DNA of 44,189 bases from a virus (taxonomy: Duplodnaviria > Caudoviricetes): positions 1-44,189 of the IMG/VR virus record IMGVR_UViG_3300020045_005439, one strand, 5' to 3'. The position numbers and the translations under genes are program-made. Below are positions 19,121 through 28,411 of the stretch, piece by piece (the stretch's first letter is position 1; each line of letters opens with the position of its first letter). The notes under the pieces were generated by a model that searched no databases, was not told the origin of the DNA, and worked only from the letters and a program-made list of their open reading frames with translations.

Positions 19121-19866
19121 AAGATTATAGGTTAAAAAATATACAGGATGGGATTGTAAACCAATTCAAGAAAGAAGGGGAACTGCCTATTGATATTTGT
19201 ATAGCCACACATAAGCGACAAACGTATTTAGAACGTTGTGTATATAGCATTATAGCATCGACAACGATACCACATAGAATATACGTTATAGACGATTTTA
19301 GTAATGACGAATGGCAATCTATATGGTTGCAGAATATGAAAGCCAGAGGACTTATATACGAAGTAATAACCAACAAAGAAAATCTAGGCACTGCAAAGAC
19401 TTTCAATAAAGTGATTAATGTATCTACATCAAAAGTATTTGTAATGGTTAATGACGATATGTTTTTTCATAGATATTGGGATATGGCTTGCCTAGATATT
19501 TATAATGAATTTAAAGACTGTGGTATTGTTAGCTTCTATGATTACACTAGACTTAATTTAGATGAAGGCTCAGAAAACTGCAACAATTATGTGAAGAAGG
19601 TCGTAAGAACAGGACTAGGGGCAAGTATGGTAAATAGAAAAGTATTTACGATGAATAAAGGCTTTCACCTGCCAGATCACCAGAAGATGGGATTCTTGGC
19701 TTCTAACTTTTGTTATGCAGCCAATAAGCAAGATGGCAGATCTAAACATTATGTAACTATACCAAGCTATGCCTCACACATGGATTTGCCTAAAAGCAAA
19801 ATGAACGAAAGAGAGTTTTATGAAACCACAGGGTATAATGAATTTAGACGTAAGCATAAAAAATAA
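19117..19866 (+). CDS. Glycosyltransferase family 2
   Basis: IDICIATHKR, VIDDFS, ENLG, VNDDM; start moved to the ATGA overlap at 19117. Confidence 0.85.
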   Translation: MKDYRLKNIQDGIVNQFKKEGELPIDICIATHKRQTYLERCVYSIIASTTIPHRIYVIDDFSNDEWQSIWLQNMKARGLIYEVITNKENLGTAKTFNKVINVSTSKVFVMVNDDMFFHRYWDMACLDIYNEFKDCGIVSFYDYTRLNLDEGSENCNNYVKKVVRTGLGASMVNRKVFTMNKGFHLPDHQKMGFLASNFCYAANKQDGRSKHYVTIPSYASHMDLPKSKMNEREFYETTGYNEFRRKHKK

Positions 19867-19872
19867 TAAACT

Positions 19873-19986
19873 ATGAAAACAATAAAAAACAGTTGTGGAG
19901 GCAAAAAGAAAAAAGGTTGTAGCCTAGTAAAGACAACCAAGATTGTTGAGTTTCCATATTACACACCTATTAAAAAAGCAGCATAA
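19873..19986 (+). CDS. Small basic peptide (37 aa, not in ORF track)
   Basis: MKTIKNSCGGKKKKGCSLVKTTKIVEFPYYTPIKKAA; fills the gap before portal exactly. Confidence 0.55.
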   Translation: MKTIKNSCGGKKKKGCSLVKTTKIVEFPYYTPIKKAA

Positions 19987-19988
19987 AA

Positions 19989-21815
19989 ATGTTAACAGAA
20001 AATCAAATATCTCAATTGGTCAAAGAGAAAGTAGAAATACTTAAACGCAGCCAATTTAAAAAGCGGATGCCCATCTACCATACAAGCTATGAAGTAGAAG
20101 TAGAAATGAAACAGCGTATAGATGTCCATTCTAGATATGATTATTTTCCAGAAAAGTTATTTAAAACAAAAGCACCTAGCGAGCAGGAAAAGGAATTTCA
20201 TTACAGAAAGGATACCTATAAACCATTCACACAGCCCTATTGGAATAAGAGTCTTTCTGTTTTAAACAGGGTATGGAATGAGCAAAATTATAGTATCGCT
20301 TTTAATGAAGATGATAGGATCTATAATACAACAACATCATACCAATACTTCTATGAAGATTATCCCATCTATACAAATATAGTAGACTACTTTAAAAGTA
20401 TTGTAACTAGGGAAAAGATAAATGATCCTAATGCTATTCTAGCTATACGGCCTTCTGCATTGCCTTTAATAGAAGATGCAGACGGTAATCTAAAGGTAGA
20501 TGATACACAGTTGATTAGTCCAGTGGGGGTCATATTCCATAGTGAAAAGATACGAGAATATAAAATGAAAGATATGCTGATGGTGGAACTAAAACAGAAA
20601 TCTCTCGTAAATACGGGTAATTCCAAATATCCAGAAAAGGAGGGTATTATCTATGAAATATATGATGAACTTAATATCTACCGCGCGGTACAGTTCGGAA
20701 GAAAGGTTGATTATACTTTTGATATTAGCCTGTATTATTCTCATAATCTCGGCTACCTCCCAGCCAAAAGATTAGAAGGTATCCCAGAGATTATAGATGA
20801 AGACGATCAGAATATCGTTTATAAGTCCTATTTCTTTGATGCCGTCCATGACTTAGATACAGCCCTATATGACTATTCGACATTACAATTAAGTAAAACC
20901 AAACACATGTTTCCACAACGTTGGGAGTATGTGGATAAATGCGATTTTGAGGGTTGTAATGGTACAGGAAAAATATTTAGGGAAGGCAATTGGAGTTCAT
21001 GCCCAGAATGTAGAGGTACAGGAAACAGAAATATGCACTCGCCTTTAGGTGTGCAGGAAATAGTCGTGCCTGATAAGCTAGATGCAGGGCAGCAATTAAT
21101 AGCTCCACCAATGGCAGGCTATATAAGTCCAGACCCAGCACCATTAGAAGTAATGCGTCAAGAGATAAAGGATGCTATACAACGGTCTTTCTCTTTTCTG
21201 AATATAGATATATCCACAGACTTTGCTAAAGGAACAGAGACGGCATTAGGCAAACAAATAGATCGAGAGGATTTATTTTCCTTCTTATTGCAATTCAGTA
21301 ATGAGATATTCAGCACTATGTCATGGACAATAGATACAATTGGATTAATGCGTTATGGCACGTCATGGAATAGTTTTATTATTAACCCACCAAATGAGTT
21401 CAGTATAAGAAGCAGTGACGAACTTACGGATGAAATAGGAGTGGCAATGGAAAAGAATTTGCCTGATATTGTAAGTAGAGAATTAGTAGATAAGTATTTC
21501 AGTACCCGCTTTAATGCCGATGAAAAACTATTAAAGATTGTTGACCTGACATTTAAAGTAGATAAATATGCTACTAAAAAGCAGGAGCATATACGCGCAG
21601 GGGTAGGGCAGCAAACGATAGCTAAGTGGCAAGCTATATTACATGACACCATTTATTCATTAATAGATGAACAGTTAATAATGGAGCCAGATTTCCTAGA
21701 GAAAGAATATGAATACCAAAAGAAAACATTGGAAGATAAGGCTAGAGTTATGGCATTAGAATTAACTCCTAAAACAGCAGGGGCAACAGAAACATTATTA
21801 GGTATTACTATTTAA
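19989..21815 (+). CDS. Portal protein (putative) with DnaJ-type Zn-finger insertion
   Basis: 608 aa at the start of the head module; HNLGYLP, ETALGKQIDRE motifs; CDFEGCNGTG...CPECRGTG. Confidence 0.8.
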   Translation: MLTENQISQLVKEKVEILKRSQFKKRMPIYHTSYEVEVEMKQRIDVHSRYDYFPEKLFKTKAPSEQEKEFHYRKDTYKPFTQPYWNKSLSVLNRVWNEQNYSIAFNEDDRIYNTTTSYQYFYEDYPIYTNIVDYFKSIVTREKINDPNAILAIRPSALPLIEDADGNLKVDDTQLISPVGVIFHSEKIREYKMKDMLMVELKQKSLVNTGNSKYPEKEGIIYEIYDELNIYRAVQFGRKVDYTFDISLYYSHNLGYLPAKRLEGIPEIIDEDDQNIVYKSYFFDAVHDLDTALYDYSTLQLSKTKHMFPQRWEYVDKCDFEGCNGTGKIFREGNWSSCPECRGTGNRNMHSPLGVQEIVVPDKLDAGQQLIAPPMAGYISPDPAPLEVMRQEIKDAIQRSFSFLNIDISTDFAKGTETALGKQIDREDLFSFLLQFSNEIFSTMSWTIDTIGLMRYGTSWNSFIINPPNEFSIRSSDELTDEIGVAMEKNLPDIVSRELVDKYFSTRFNADEKLLKIVDLTFKVDKYATKKQEHIRAGVGQQTIAKWQAILHDTIYSLIDEQLIMEPDFLEKEYEYQKKTLEDKARVMALELTPKTAGATETLLGITI

Positions 21816-21843
21816 ACATGAGTAGGGCAGTAATGATAGCAAA

Positions 21844-22698
21844 ATGGCAACATTAAAAAATCTAATAGAAGAAAAGAATAGGCGTTTAGACGAAATACCT
21901 TTAGCATTAATTGATGGTATTGATAAAGCACAGAAAGAGATCTTTGATGGTGTCTTAAAGCTATTGGATCAGTTAGATGTAAAGGACGGTAAAATTATAG
22001 CCAGTGAAAGGAACTTGGCACTTATAGAAGAAATAGGGCAGGGATTAAAACAGACTGTATTTCAAAGCGAGTATCTAACAACGGTAAAAACTTTTTTAGG
22101 GGAGTTCGATATAGAGGCAAAATTGAATCAGGACATTATAGAGAAGGCTTTTGGTAAGTTTACAGAAAATGAATTATATAGTGCTACCCTAGAAAATGCT
22201 AAAAGACGAGCAGCCGATCTACTAAATGATGGAGCCATAGACCAACAATTAATAAAGCCAGTGCAAGATTTAATTAGTGGTTCGATAGTAACAAATGGAT
22301 CCTTTACTGAAACCATATCAGCAATAAAGACGTTATTGGAAGGCAATCAGGAAGTGCTTGGAAACCTAGCTAGATATTCCAGGCAGATAGCTTACGATAG
22401 CTATTTAATATTTGACAGGTCATATATGCAAGTCATAGCAGACGATTTAGGAGCCGAGTTTTATATGTATAGTGGAGGGTTAATAAGAGATAGTAGAGAT
22501 TTTTGTAAGGATAGAGTAGGGAATGTATATACGATAAAAGAAATAGAATCATGGGCAAGTGAAGATTGGCAAGGGAAGAATAGAAATACCAATGAATCTA
22601 ATATACGTTTCTTGTTGGGAGGGTATAACTGTCAACACACCTTAATACCAGTTGCAGAAAGCCAAGTACCCAAAGAGCTAAAAAATGTGAATATATGA
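21844..22698 (+). CDS. Minor capsid / MuF-like head morphogenesis protein
   Basis: After portal; YMYSG..RDSRDFC...GGYNCQH motif. Confidence 0.8.
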   Translation: MATLKNLIEEKNRRLDEIPLALIDGIDKAQKEIFDGVLKLLDQLDVKDGKIIASERNLALIEEIGQGLKQTVFQSEYLTTVKTFLGEFDIEAKLNQDIIEKAFGKFTENELYSATLENAKRRAADLLNDGAIDQQLIKPVQDLISGSIVTNGSFTETISAIKTLLEGNQEVLGNLARYSRQIAYDSYLIFDRSYMQVIADDLGAEFYMYSGGLIRDSRDFCKDRVGNVYTIKEIESWASEDWQGKNRNTNESNIRFLLGGYNCQHTLIPVAESQVPKELKNVNI

Positions 22699-22976
22699 AC
22701 GATCCTATTTCTTTTCAATGGCTTATAGGTACATGCGTTGCATTAGGAGTGCCAATAGGCAGCGCATTAATTTATATGCGGGTATTAATAGCAGAACAAC
22801 AAAATAGGATAAGGAATTTGGAAGAACAGAATAAACAGTTTAGATATGACTATAAAGAGAGTACAGAAAAATTAAATACTAAGGTCGATCACTTAGTTGA
22901 AATGATAAATACATTAATTATAGACATTACCAAAACAGGTATTTTTAATAATAATAGACGGGATTACAATGATTAA
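22695..22976 (+). CDS. Single-TM coiled-coil protein (holin- or spanin-like)
   Basis: N-terminal hydrophobic helix followed by coiled coil. Confidence 0.5.
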   Translation: MNDPISFQWLIGTCVALGVPIGSALIYMRVLIAEQQNRIRNLEEQNKQFRYDYKESTEKLNTKVDHLVEMINTLIIDITKTGIFNNNRRDYND

Positions 22977-23039
22977 AGATTACATGAATTAAAAATAAAA
23001 GCTAATACAAAATATATTATATTTATATAATTTATATAT

Positions 23040-23366
23040 ATGAAGAAATTTAGAGCTATAAATAGAAAGAGTGGGCGAATAGCATTATTTCCGTTAATGA
23101 TGAAAAACAATCCATACTTTATAAGTGAGGGTTGGGAGTTTGAGGATACGACATTGACTTATGAGATATTGACTAGAGAGAATAAGAAGATAAAACCAGA
23201 AAATATAGTTCAGATAAAGAGTATAGAAATGAATGTGAAAAACGCTATTGAAGATATAGAGAAAATGAAAAACCCAGATATGTTGAAAACCTATGTACAA
23301 GACGAGAAAAGGAAAACAATCCTACTTGCCTATGAAAAGAAATTAAAAACCTTTATAAAAAACTAA
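23040..23366 (+). CDS. Hypothetical protein
   Basis: 108 aa; C-terminal ...DEKRKTIL helical motif. Confidence 0.6.
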   Translation: MKKFRAINRKSGRIALFPLMMKNNPYFISEGWEFEDTTLTYEILTRENKKIKPENIVQIKSIEMNVKNAIEDIEKMKNPDMLKTYVQDEKRKTILLAYEKKLKTFIKN

Positions 23367-23376
23367 ATAAAAATCT

Positions 23377-24789
23377 ATGAGCGTACAAATAGTCGAAAGC
23401 GAAGCAACCATTAATTTGACCATTAATGGTGTTACCAATACATTAAATAAGTCAGAATTAGAATTAAGTGTCAGCGGAAATTATGTAAATTTTATAAGCG
23501 ATGCAAAGACCTATCAAATTGCTTATACAACAGTATCACGTCCAAACTACGCAAGTGCAGAATCATTGCGTAGTGCAGTACAAGCAATGATAGATAATGC
23601 TGTTTTGACGGCAGATGTAGCAGCTTTGCAGGTTGATGTGGATACGATAGCAGCAAGAACAGTAACTATTAATACTAATGTTAGTGATGTAGAAGCATTG
23701 GTTAATACTATAAATGGCAATGTTAATGACGTTGAGACTAAGGTAGATACCTTAACAACTAATTTAGCAACCGCCAATGGTAATATTAACGACACAGAAA
23801 CTAAAGTTGATACGTTAACTACAAATTTAGCCACTGCAAACACCAATATAAATACAGCCAATACTACTCTGACGACTATTAATGGCAATGTCAATGATAC
23901 CGAAACAAAGGTGGATACTCTTACAACAAACTTAGCTACCGCCAATGCTAATATAGTAACGATTAACTCAACGGCTAATGATATTAATACACTACTTAAT
24001 ACAGTAAATGGAAATGTAAATGATACAGAGACTAAGGTAGACACATTGACAACCAACTTGGCTACGGCTAACGGTAATATCAATGATACTGAGACTAAAG
24101 TAGATACCCTTACTACAAATCTTGCTACTGCCAATGGCAACATCAATGACATAGAGACTAAGGTCGATACGTTAACTACAAACCTAGCGACAGCTAACGG
24201 TAATATAAATGATACAGAAACGAAAGTAGATACGCTAACAACTAATTTAGCAACGGCAAATACAAATATTTCTGATATAGAAACAATCGTAAATAAGGCT
24301 TCTTATGCAGATGATACTACTGTTTCAAAAGCAATTACACTAGATGCTGGTATAACGACAGCAGATACTAAGAATCTATTTACCGTTACAGGCACATGCT
24401 TGGTAAAACGTATCTATGGAGTAATTACAACAGATACAACCCTCACAAATATAACAGGGGTTGGATTACAATTATATGATACAAATACTACTACGGCAAT
24501 AGATAATGGAGCATTGACAGTAAATGCACCAGGAGCAAATACGGTCATGTTAAAAGTAGAAGGCAGTGCAACGAACCTAGCGCATTTAGCAGGCACAGCA
24601 CAAGGATTTGATGAAGGCGGGTTAGGATCGGATGAATATTTTTATCCTTTTTTAGTAAAAGGAAGTACAGCCGTAACAACTTATATACGATTCAAATATA
24701 CAACCACAACAGAGGCAGCGAATGGAGCGATGACTTGGTATTGTATCTATGAGCCTATAAGTCCGAATGGAGCACTAGCAGCAGCGTAA
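23377..24789 (+). CDS. Thr/Asn-rich coiled-coil fibre protein (putative head or collar fibre)
   Basis: Seven copies of a 21-aa unit NGN(I/V)ND(T/V/I)ETKVDTLTTNLATA in heptad register, flanked by globular N- and C-domains. Confidence 0.7.
   Translation: MSVQIVESEATINLTINGVTNTLNKSELELSVSGNYVNFISDAKTYQIAYTTVSRPNYASAESLRSAVQAMIDNAVLTADVAALQVDVDTIAARTVTINTNVSDVEALVNTINGNVNDVETKVDTLTTNLATANGNINDTETKVDTLTTNLATANTNINTANTTLTTINGNVNDTETKVDTLTTNLATANANIVTINSTANDINTLLNTVNGNVNDTETKVDTLTTNLATANGNINDTETKVDTLTTNLATANGNINDIETKVDTLTTNLATANGNINDTETKVDTLTTNLATANTNISDIETIVNKASYADDTTVSKAITLDAGITTADTKNLFTVTGTCLVKRIYGVITTDTTLTNITGVGLQLYDTNTTTAIDNGALTVNAPGANTVMLKVEGSATNLAHLAGTAQGFDEGGLGSDEYFYPFLVKGSTAVTTYIRFKYTTTTEAANGAMTWYCIYEPISPNGALAAA
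23713..24261 (+). repeat. 63-bp/21-aa coding repeat, 7 copies, synonymously diverged
   Basis: ETKVDTLTTNLATAN is identical in protein 7 times with different codons in each copy. Confidence 0.9.
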
Positions 24790-24807
24790 CCAACTAATTA
24801 ATTATAT

Positions 24808-25653
24808 ATGTCATTAGATTTAAACAAACTATTAGACCGCTTGGATTTTCCAAAGGATCAGCGTGATTCAGTAACGGAAGAAACCTTCAATGAATTTTTA
24901 GATAAGACATGGACAGGTAAGGCAACAGTGGAAGATCCAGGCAAGATAGTAGGTAAAGTAACAGGGAGTATTGCAACTAATTTAAAGCGGTTATATGGCT
25001 TTACAGAAAAAGATATTACAGGGAAAACGCCAGAGGAAATAGCGGAATTAGGACACCAGAAATTGGCATCTGAATTAGAAGCTACTAGAGGTAAATTAAA
25101 AGAGGGTTCCGATAAGAAAGTAAACGATCTTTTAAAACAAACAGAAGATTACCAAAAAAGTATTAACGACTATAAATCATTGAGTGATAATCTTACTAAA
25201 GAAATAGATGAACTGAAAAGCAGTTTCTCCCAAAGGGAAAGGAATATGAAAGTAAGTATCCTAAAGGATCAAGTTTTAAATAGCTTACAATGGTCAGATA
25301 GTGTAGATCAGTTTAAAAAGAAAGGAATTGTAGATACTATTAACGAACAATATATCTTAGATTTAGACGATCAGGAAGGGTTAATACCCAAAGACCGACA
25401 AGGCAATAGAATTAAGAATGAAAAGGGAACAGGCTTTTTGGGCTATAAAGAATTATTAGAAGATTTTGCTGCAAAAAGCAACTCTTTAAAGAAGAATGAC
25501 GTACAGCAACAAAAGGTAAATAACTTTGGATTTAATCAGGTTAGAACACAGCCACAACAAAGAAGCAATACGAATCAGAAAGGGCAAGAACGGATAATGA
25601 GAAGTGAAGGCGCATTAGAACGGTTAAGGGCTGCACAAGAAAAACGAAAATAG
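24808..25653 (+). CDS. Capsid scaffolding protein (putative)
   Basis: Charged coiled-coil protein directly before the major capsid gene. Confidence 0.7.
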   Translation: MSLDLNKLLDRLDFPKDQRDSVTEETFNEFLDKTWTGKATVEDPGKIVGKVTGSIATNLKRLYGFTEKDITGKTPEEIAELGHQKLASELEATRGKLKEGSDKKVNDLLKQTEDYQKSINDYKSLSDNLTKEIDELKSSFSQRERNMKVSILKDQVLNSLQWSDSVDQFKKKGIVDTINEQYILDLDDQEGLIPKDRQGNRIKNEKGTGFLGYKELLEDFAAKSNSLKKNDVQQQKVNNFGFNQVRTQPQQRSNTNQKGQERIMRSEGALERLRAAQEKRK

Positions 25654-25657
25654 CATA

Positions 25658-25771
25658 GGTTTGAATTGAGTGTGGCATCACCCCCACACTCCAACCCAAA
25701 CCCTCGCTCAACTTATACATAGTACGCTGCAAGTTGGAGTTGTAAGCTCCATTATAACTTACTACAAGTTG
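25658..25771 (+). promoter_or_regulatory. Structured leader upstream of the major capsid gene
   Basis: Hairpin GGTTTG..GAGTGTGG/CCACACTC..CAAACC (25658-25702) and nested CAACTT/AAGTTG, AAGTT/AACTT, GGAGT/GCTCC stems. Confidence 0.5.
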
Positions 25772-25827
25772 GCAAAAGTGAAGCCATAATCTCACCTCAT
25801 TTTTTATTATTATTAAATCATATCAAT

Positions 25828-26862
25828 ATGAGTTATGGTGCAACCAGTCTCATATCGTGTCCAAATGCCCAATATGAACTAGACCAACAGTTCTTAGGGC
25901 TAAACGGCTCGGTACGAGAACAAAGTGGTGTGCTAGAATTTCTAGTATCGCCACTAAATAGCAACGGCGTGTTACAACAACAAATAAATTTTAGACCAGG
26001 TGGACGGAAGATCGTTGAATTAACTTATTTGCCCAGACGTAAAGAAAGTGAAACATCTGATACTATCACTCCTACATGTACTTCATCGCGTGAAGTTTTT
26101 AACTTCGTGCATGAGTATGAATTAGGAGATTTAGGTACGTCCATTGATTGGAAAGTAGACTTAGTAGACATGGAGCATCAATGTATGCAAGATGAAATGT
26201 GGTTTGCTAAGTTACTTCAAAGCCATATAGATGTATTAATCAGAACCATAGATACAAAGACCATTGCTAAAATGGTTTTAAACTTTGGAGATTTTGCTTC
26301 TATCGGTGGAGCTGGACCAGTTGCAGTTGCAACTAAATTATCCAACGGTGCAAACTCTGAGGCTTTAATAGCTGATGTTAAATTTGAGTTCGAAGAAAAC
26401 GAATACATGGGAACACCATTTGTATTCGGTTCTAACGAATTGCTTAAATATTTCAGACGTATTAATGCTTCTTGTTGTGCTGATACCGGCGTAGATTTAG
26501 CTACTTATGCAGCTCAAAATGATGTAGTTATGATCCGAGATAGAAAGGTTCATACGGCATTGGGTTCAAACACAGAGTTCTTTGGAATGGCTCCTGGTGC
26601 TGCCCAATTTGTTACATTTAACAGATTTGCAGGCCCTGAAGGAATACGCCTTATAGATGATCAATCATTTAAACAAGGTGTTATTACAGATCCATTTACA
26701 GGGATTTCTTTTGACTATATAGCTAATTACGTGTGCGGAGTATGGCATTTTCAATTGTCATTAGTGCATGATGTATTTTTCTTGCCAAACGATATTTTCC
26801 AAAATAACGAACGGTTAGAGAAAGTTAATTGGTTATTGCATTTTAATATTGTTAATCCTTAA
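25828..26862 (+). CDS. Major capsid protein (putative)
   Basis: 344 aa, after scaffold, followed by a strong terminator; position and size typical. Confidence 0.8.
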   Translation: MSYGATSLISCPNAQYELDQQFLGLNGSVREQSGVLEFLVSPLNSNGVLQQQINFRPGGRKIVELTYLPRRKESETSDTITPTCTSSREVFNFVHEYELGDLGTSIDWKVDLVDMEHQCMQDEMWFAKLLQSHIDVLIRTIDTKTIAKMVLNFGDFASIGGAGPVAVATKLSNGANSEALIADVKFEFEENEYMGTPFVFGSNELLKYFRRINASCCADTGVDLATYAAQNDVVMIRDRKVHTALGSNTEFFGMAPGAAQFVTFNRFAGPEGIRLIDDQSFKQGVITDPFTGISFDYIANYVCGVWHFQLSLVHDVFFLPNDIFQNNERLEKVNWLLHFNIVNP

Positions 26863-26871
26863 TTTTAAAAT

Positions 26872-26904
26872 AGCAGGGTAGTATTTTTATACTACCTTGC
26901 TTTT
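26872..26904 (+). terminator. Intrinsic terminator
   Basis: AGCAGGGTAGTAT-TTTT-ATACTACCTTGCT then TTT. Confidence 0.75.
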
Positions 26905-26911
26905 ATAACTT

Positions 26912-27937
26912 ATGGCAAATCTAGCGTGTTTAGATGATCTGATAGGCATTGACAAACAATGCGTTACAGGCACAACTCCAAGTTCAGGATTATATATAAA
27001 TGATCTTCCAGGTATTACTTTACGAAGCATGGAAGCAGGTATGAATGAGGAGAACTCAACAGCAGCACAACTCATACAATCCAAAATAGATTTTGCAGAA
27101 AAGAAATTGCTGCAAGACATATATGCTCATTACTCACCGAGTATAAAGAATGTAAGCATATTAGAAAACGGGAAGTTAGGATATTACAGAGACAACCTAC
27201 CCCTGCAATCTGGAACAGCAAACCTTTATAAAGGCGTACAAATAAGAATAGATCAACATCCCTATTTAGAGTTTTTTATAGGTAGTATATGGTTAAAAAT
27301 GCAAGCCACAGGCACATACCCCATCCAAGTATGGGATCTGACATGTAATAAATTACTAGAAACAATAAATTTAGTAGTAACATCAACAGCCACACCAACC
27401 GAATTAGTTGTAAACAAAAGCTATCTGACAGAAAAACAGAATCTGAATTTAGCGTTTATTTATAATAGCGGATTGGGAGGCACTTATGAAACTACATTAA
27501 GAAGGCAGGATACTTATCCATGCCGAGATTGCACTCATGGGATATATGATAACCAATATGTAAGAGTATCAGGGATAGAAATAACGAGCACTTTAGATAA
27601 GATACAGGAGAATGTAACTACGACAGGAGTAAGTAACGGTATGAGTATAACATACAGTTTGAATTGCACGATAGAGCCTTTTATTTGCAGTATAGCTAAT
27701 CAGATAGCATGGCCATTATTGCATTTAGCGGGATCGGAATTAATGCGGGAAATGCAATTTAGTAAGCGGTTAAACTCAGTTATAGTAATAGACAAAGCAG
27801 ATCATATAGCATTGCGGAAAGAGTTTGACGATGAATACACATTTAGTTTAGAAAGGCTTTTGAAGAATATGGAGTTACCAGATGATGCTTGTTTTAAATG
27901 TAATCCAAGAATTAGAAGTAGCGTAAGAACACCATAA
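26912..27937 (+). CDS. Head-tail adaptor / neck protein (putative)
   Basis: After capsid; CLDDLIGI...SGLYINDLPGI N-terminus, CFKC C-terminus. Confidence 0.6.
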   Translation: MANLACLDDLIGIDKQCVTGTTPSSGLYINDLPGITLRSMEAGMNEENSTAAQLIQSKIDFAEKKLLQDIYAHYSPSIKNVSILENGKLGYYRDNLPLQSGTANLYKGVQIRIDQHPYLEFFIGSIWLKMQATGTYPIQVWDLTCNKLLETINLVVTSTATPTELVVNKSYLTEKQNLNLAFIYNSGLGGTYETTLRRQDTYPCRDCTHGIYDNQYVRVSGIEITSTLDKIQENVTTTGVSNGMSITYSLNCTIEPFICSIANQIAWPLLHLAGSELMREMQFSKRLNSVIVIDKADHIALRKEFDDEYTFSLERLLKNMELPDDACFKCNPRIRSSVRTP

Positions 27938-27973
27938 ATATAACACACTCACACCCAAACACACGCCCAACTT

Positions 27974-28411
27974 ATGGCTGCCTTAACAACAAAAGAATAT
28001 ATAAGAGAGATAGATAAGCGATTAAATAAAATAGATAAGACCGTAGGGTTGTGTATTTCAGGAACAACAGCAAAACAAAGTTTAAGGATATTTGTATCTG
28101 GGCAACGATCAGGTGGGGGTAAGATAGGGCAATATCAAAATGCAAGATATAAAGAGTTAAGATCTAAAAAAGGCAGGCAGACAGGTTTTGTTGATCTAAG
28201 ATTTACAAGTTTATTGAAGGCAGATTTTGAAACCTCGCTAACCAGATCGGATAAAAGCACATGGATAGTTGGAATAAAAAGCCAATTTAATACAGAAAAA
28301 TATAATAACTTGTTAGAGTTATATGGAGAGGATGTATGGTTATTATCTAGGAGTGAAAGGCAGCAATTAAATAAGTGTATAACTGATGAAAGAGCTAAAT
28401 TAAAAGTATGA
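27974..28411 (+). CDS. Neck / tail completion protein (putative)
   Basis: Basic 145 aa; KGRQTGFVDLRFT motif as in virion morphogenesis proteins. Confidence 0.6.
   Translation: MAALTTKEYIREIDKRLNKIDKTVGLCISGTTAKQSLRIFVSGQRSGGGKIGQYQNARYKELRSKKGRQTGFVDLRFTSLLKADFETSLTRSDKSTWIVGIKSQFNTEKYNNLLELYGEDVWLLSRSERQQLNKCITDERAKLKV

Noticed and set aside
13530-19866. Operon as a DNA hypermodification or O-antigen conversion cluster
   Set aside because: No base hydroxymethylase, DNA polymerase, GtrAB-type or membrane components are seen, and it lies among virion genes. Disfavoured, not excluded.
23547-24152. 201-aa minus-strand ORF
   Set aside because: Antisense shadow of the Thr/Asn repeat gene.
23713-24261. 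Repeats as a CRISPR array
   Set aside because: They are in-frame coding repeats with synonymous variation and no unique spacers; no cas genes.
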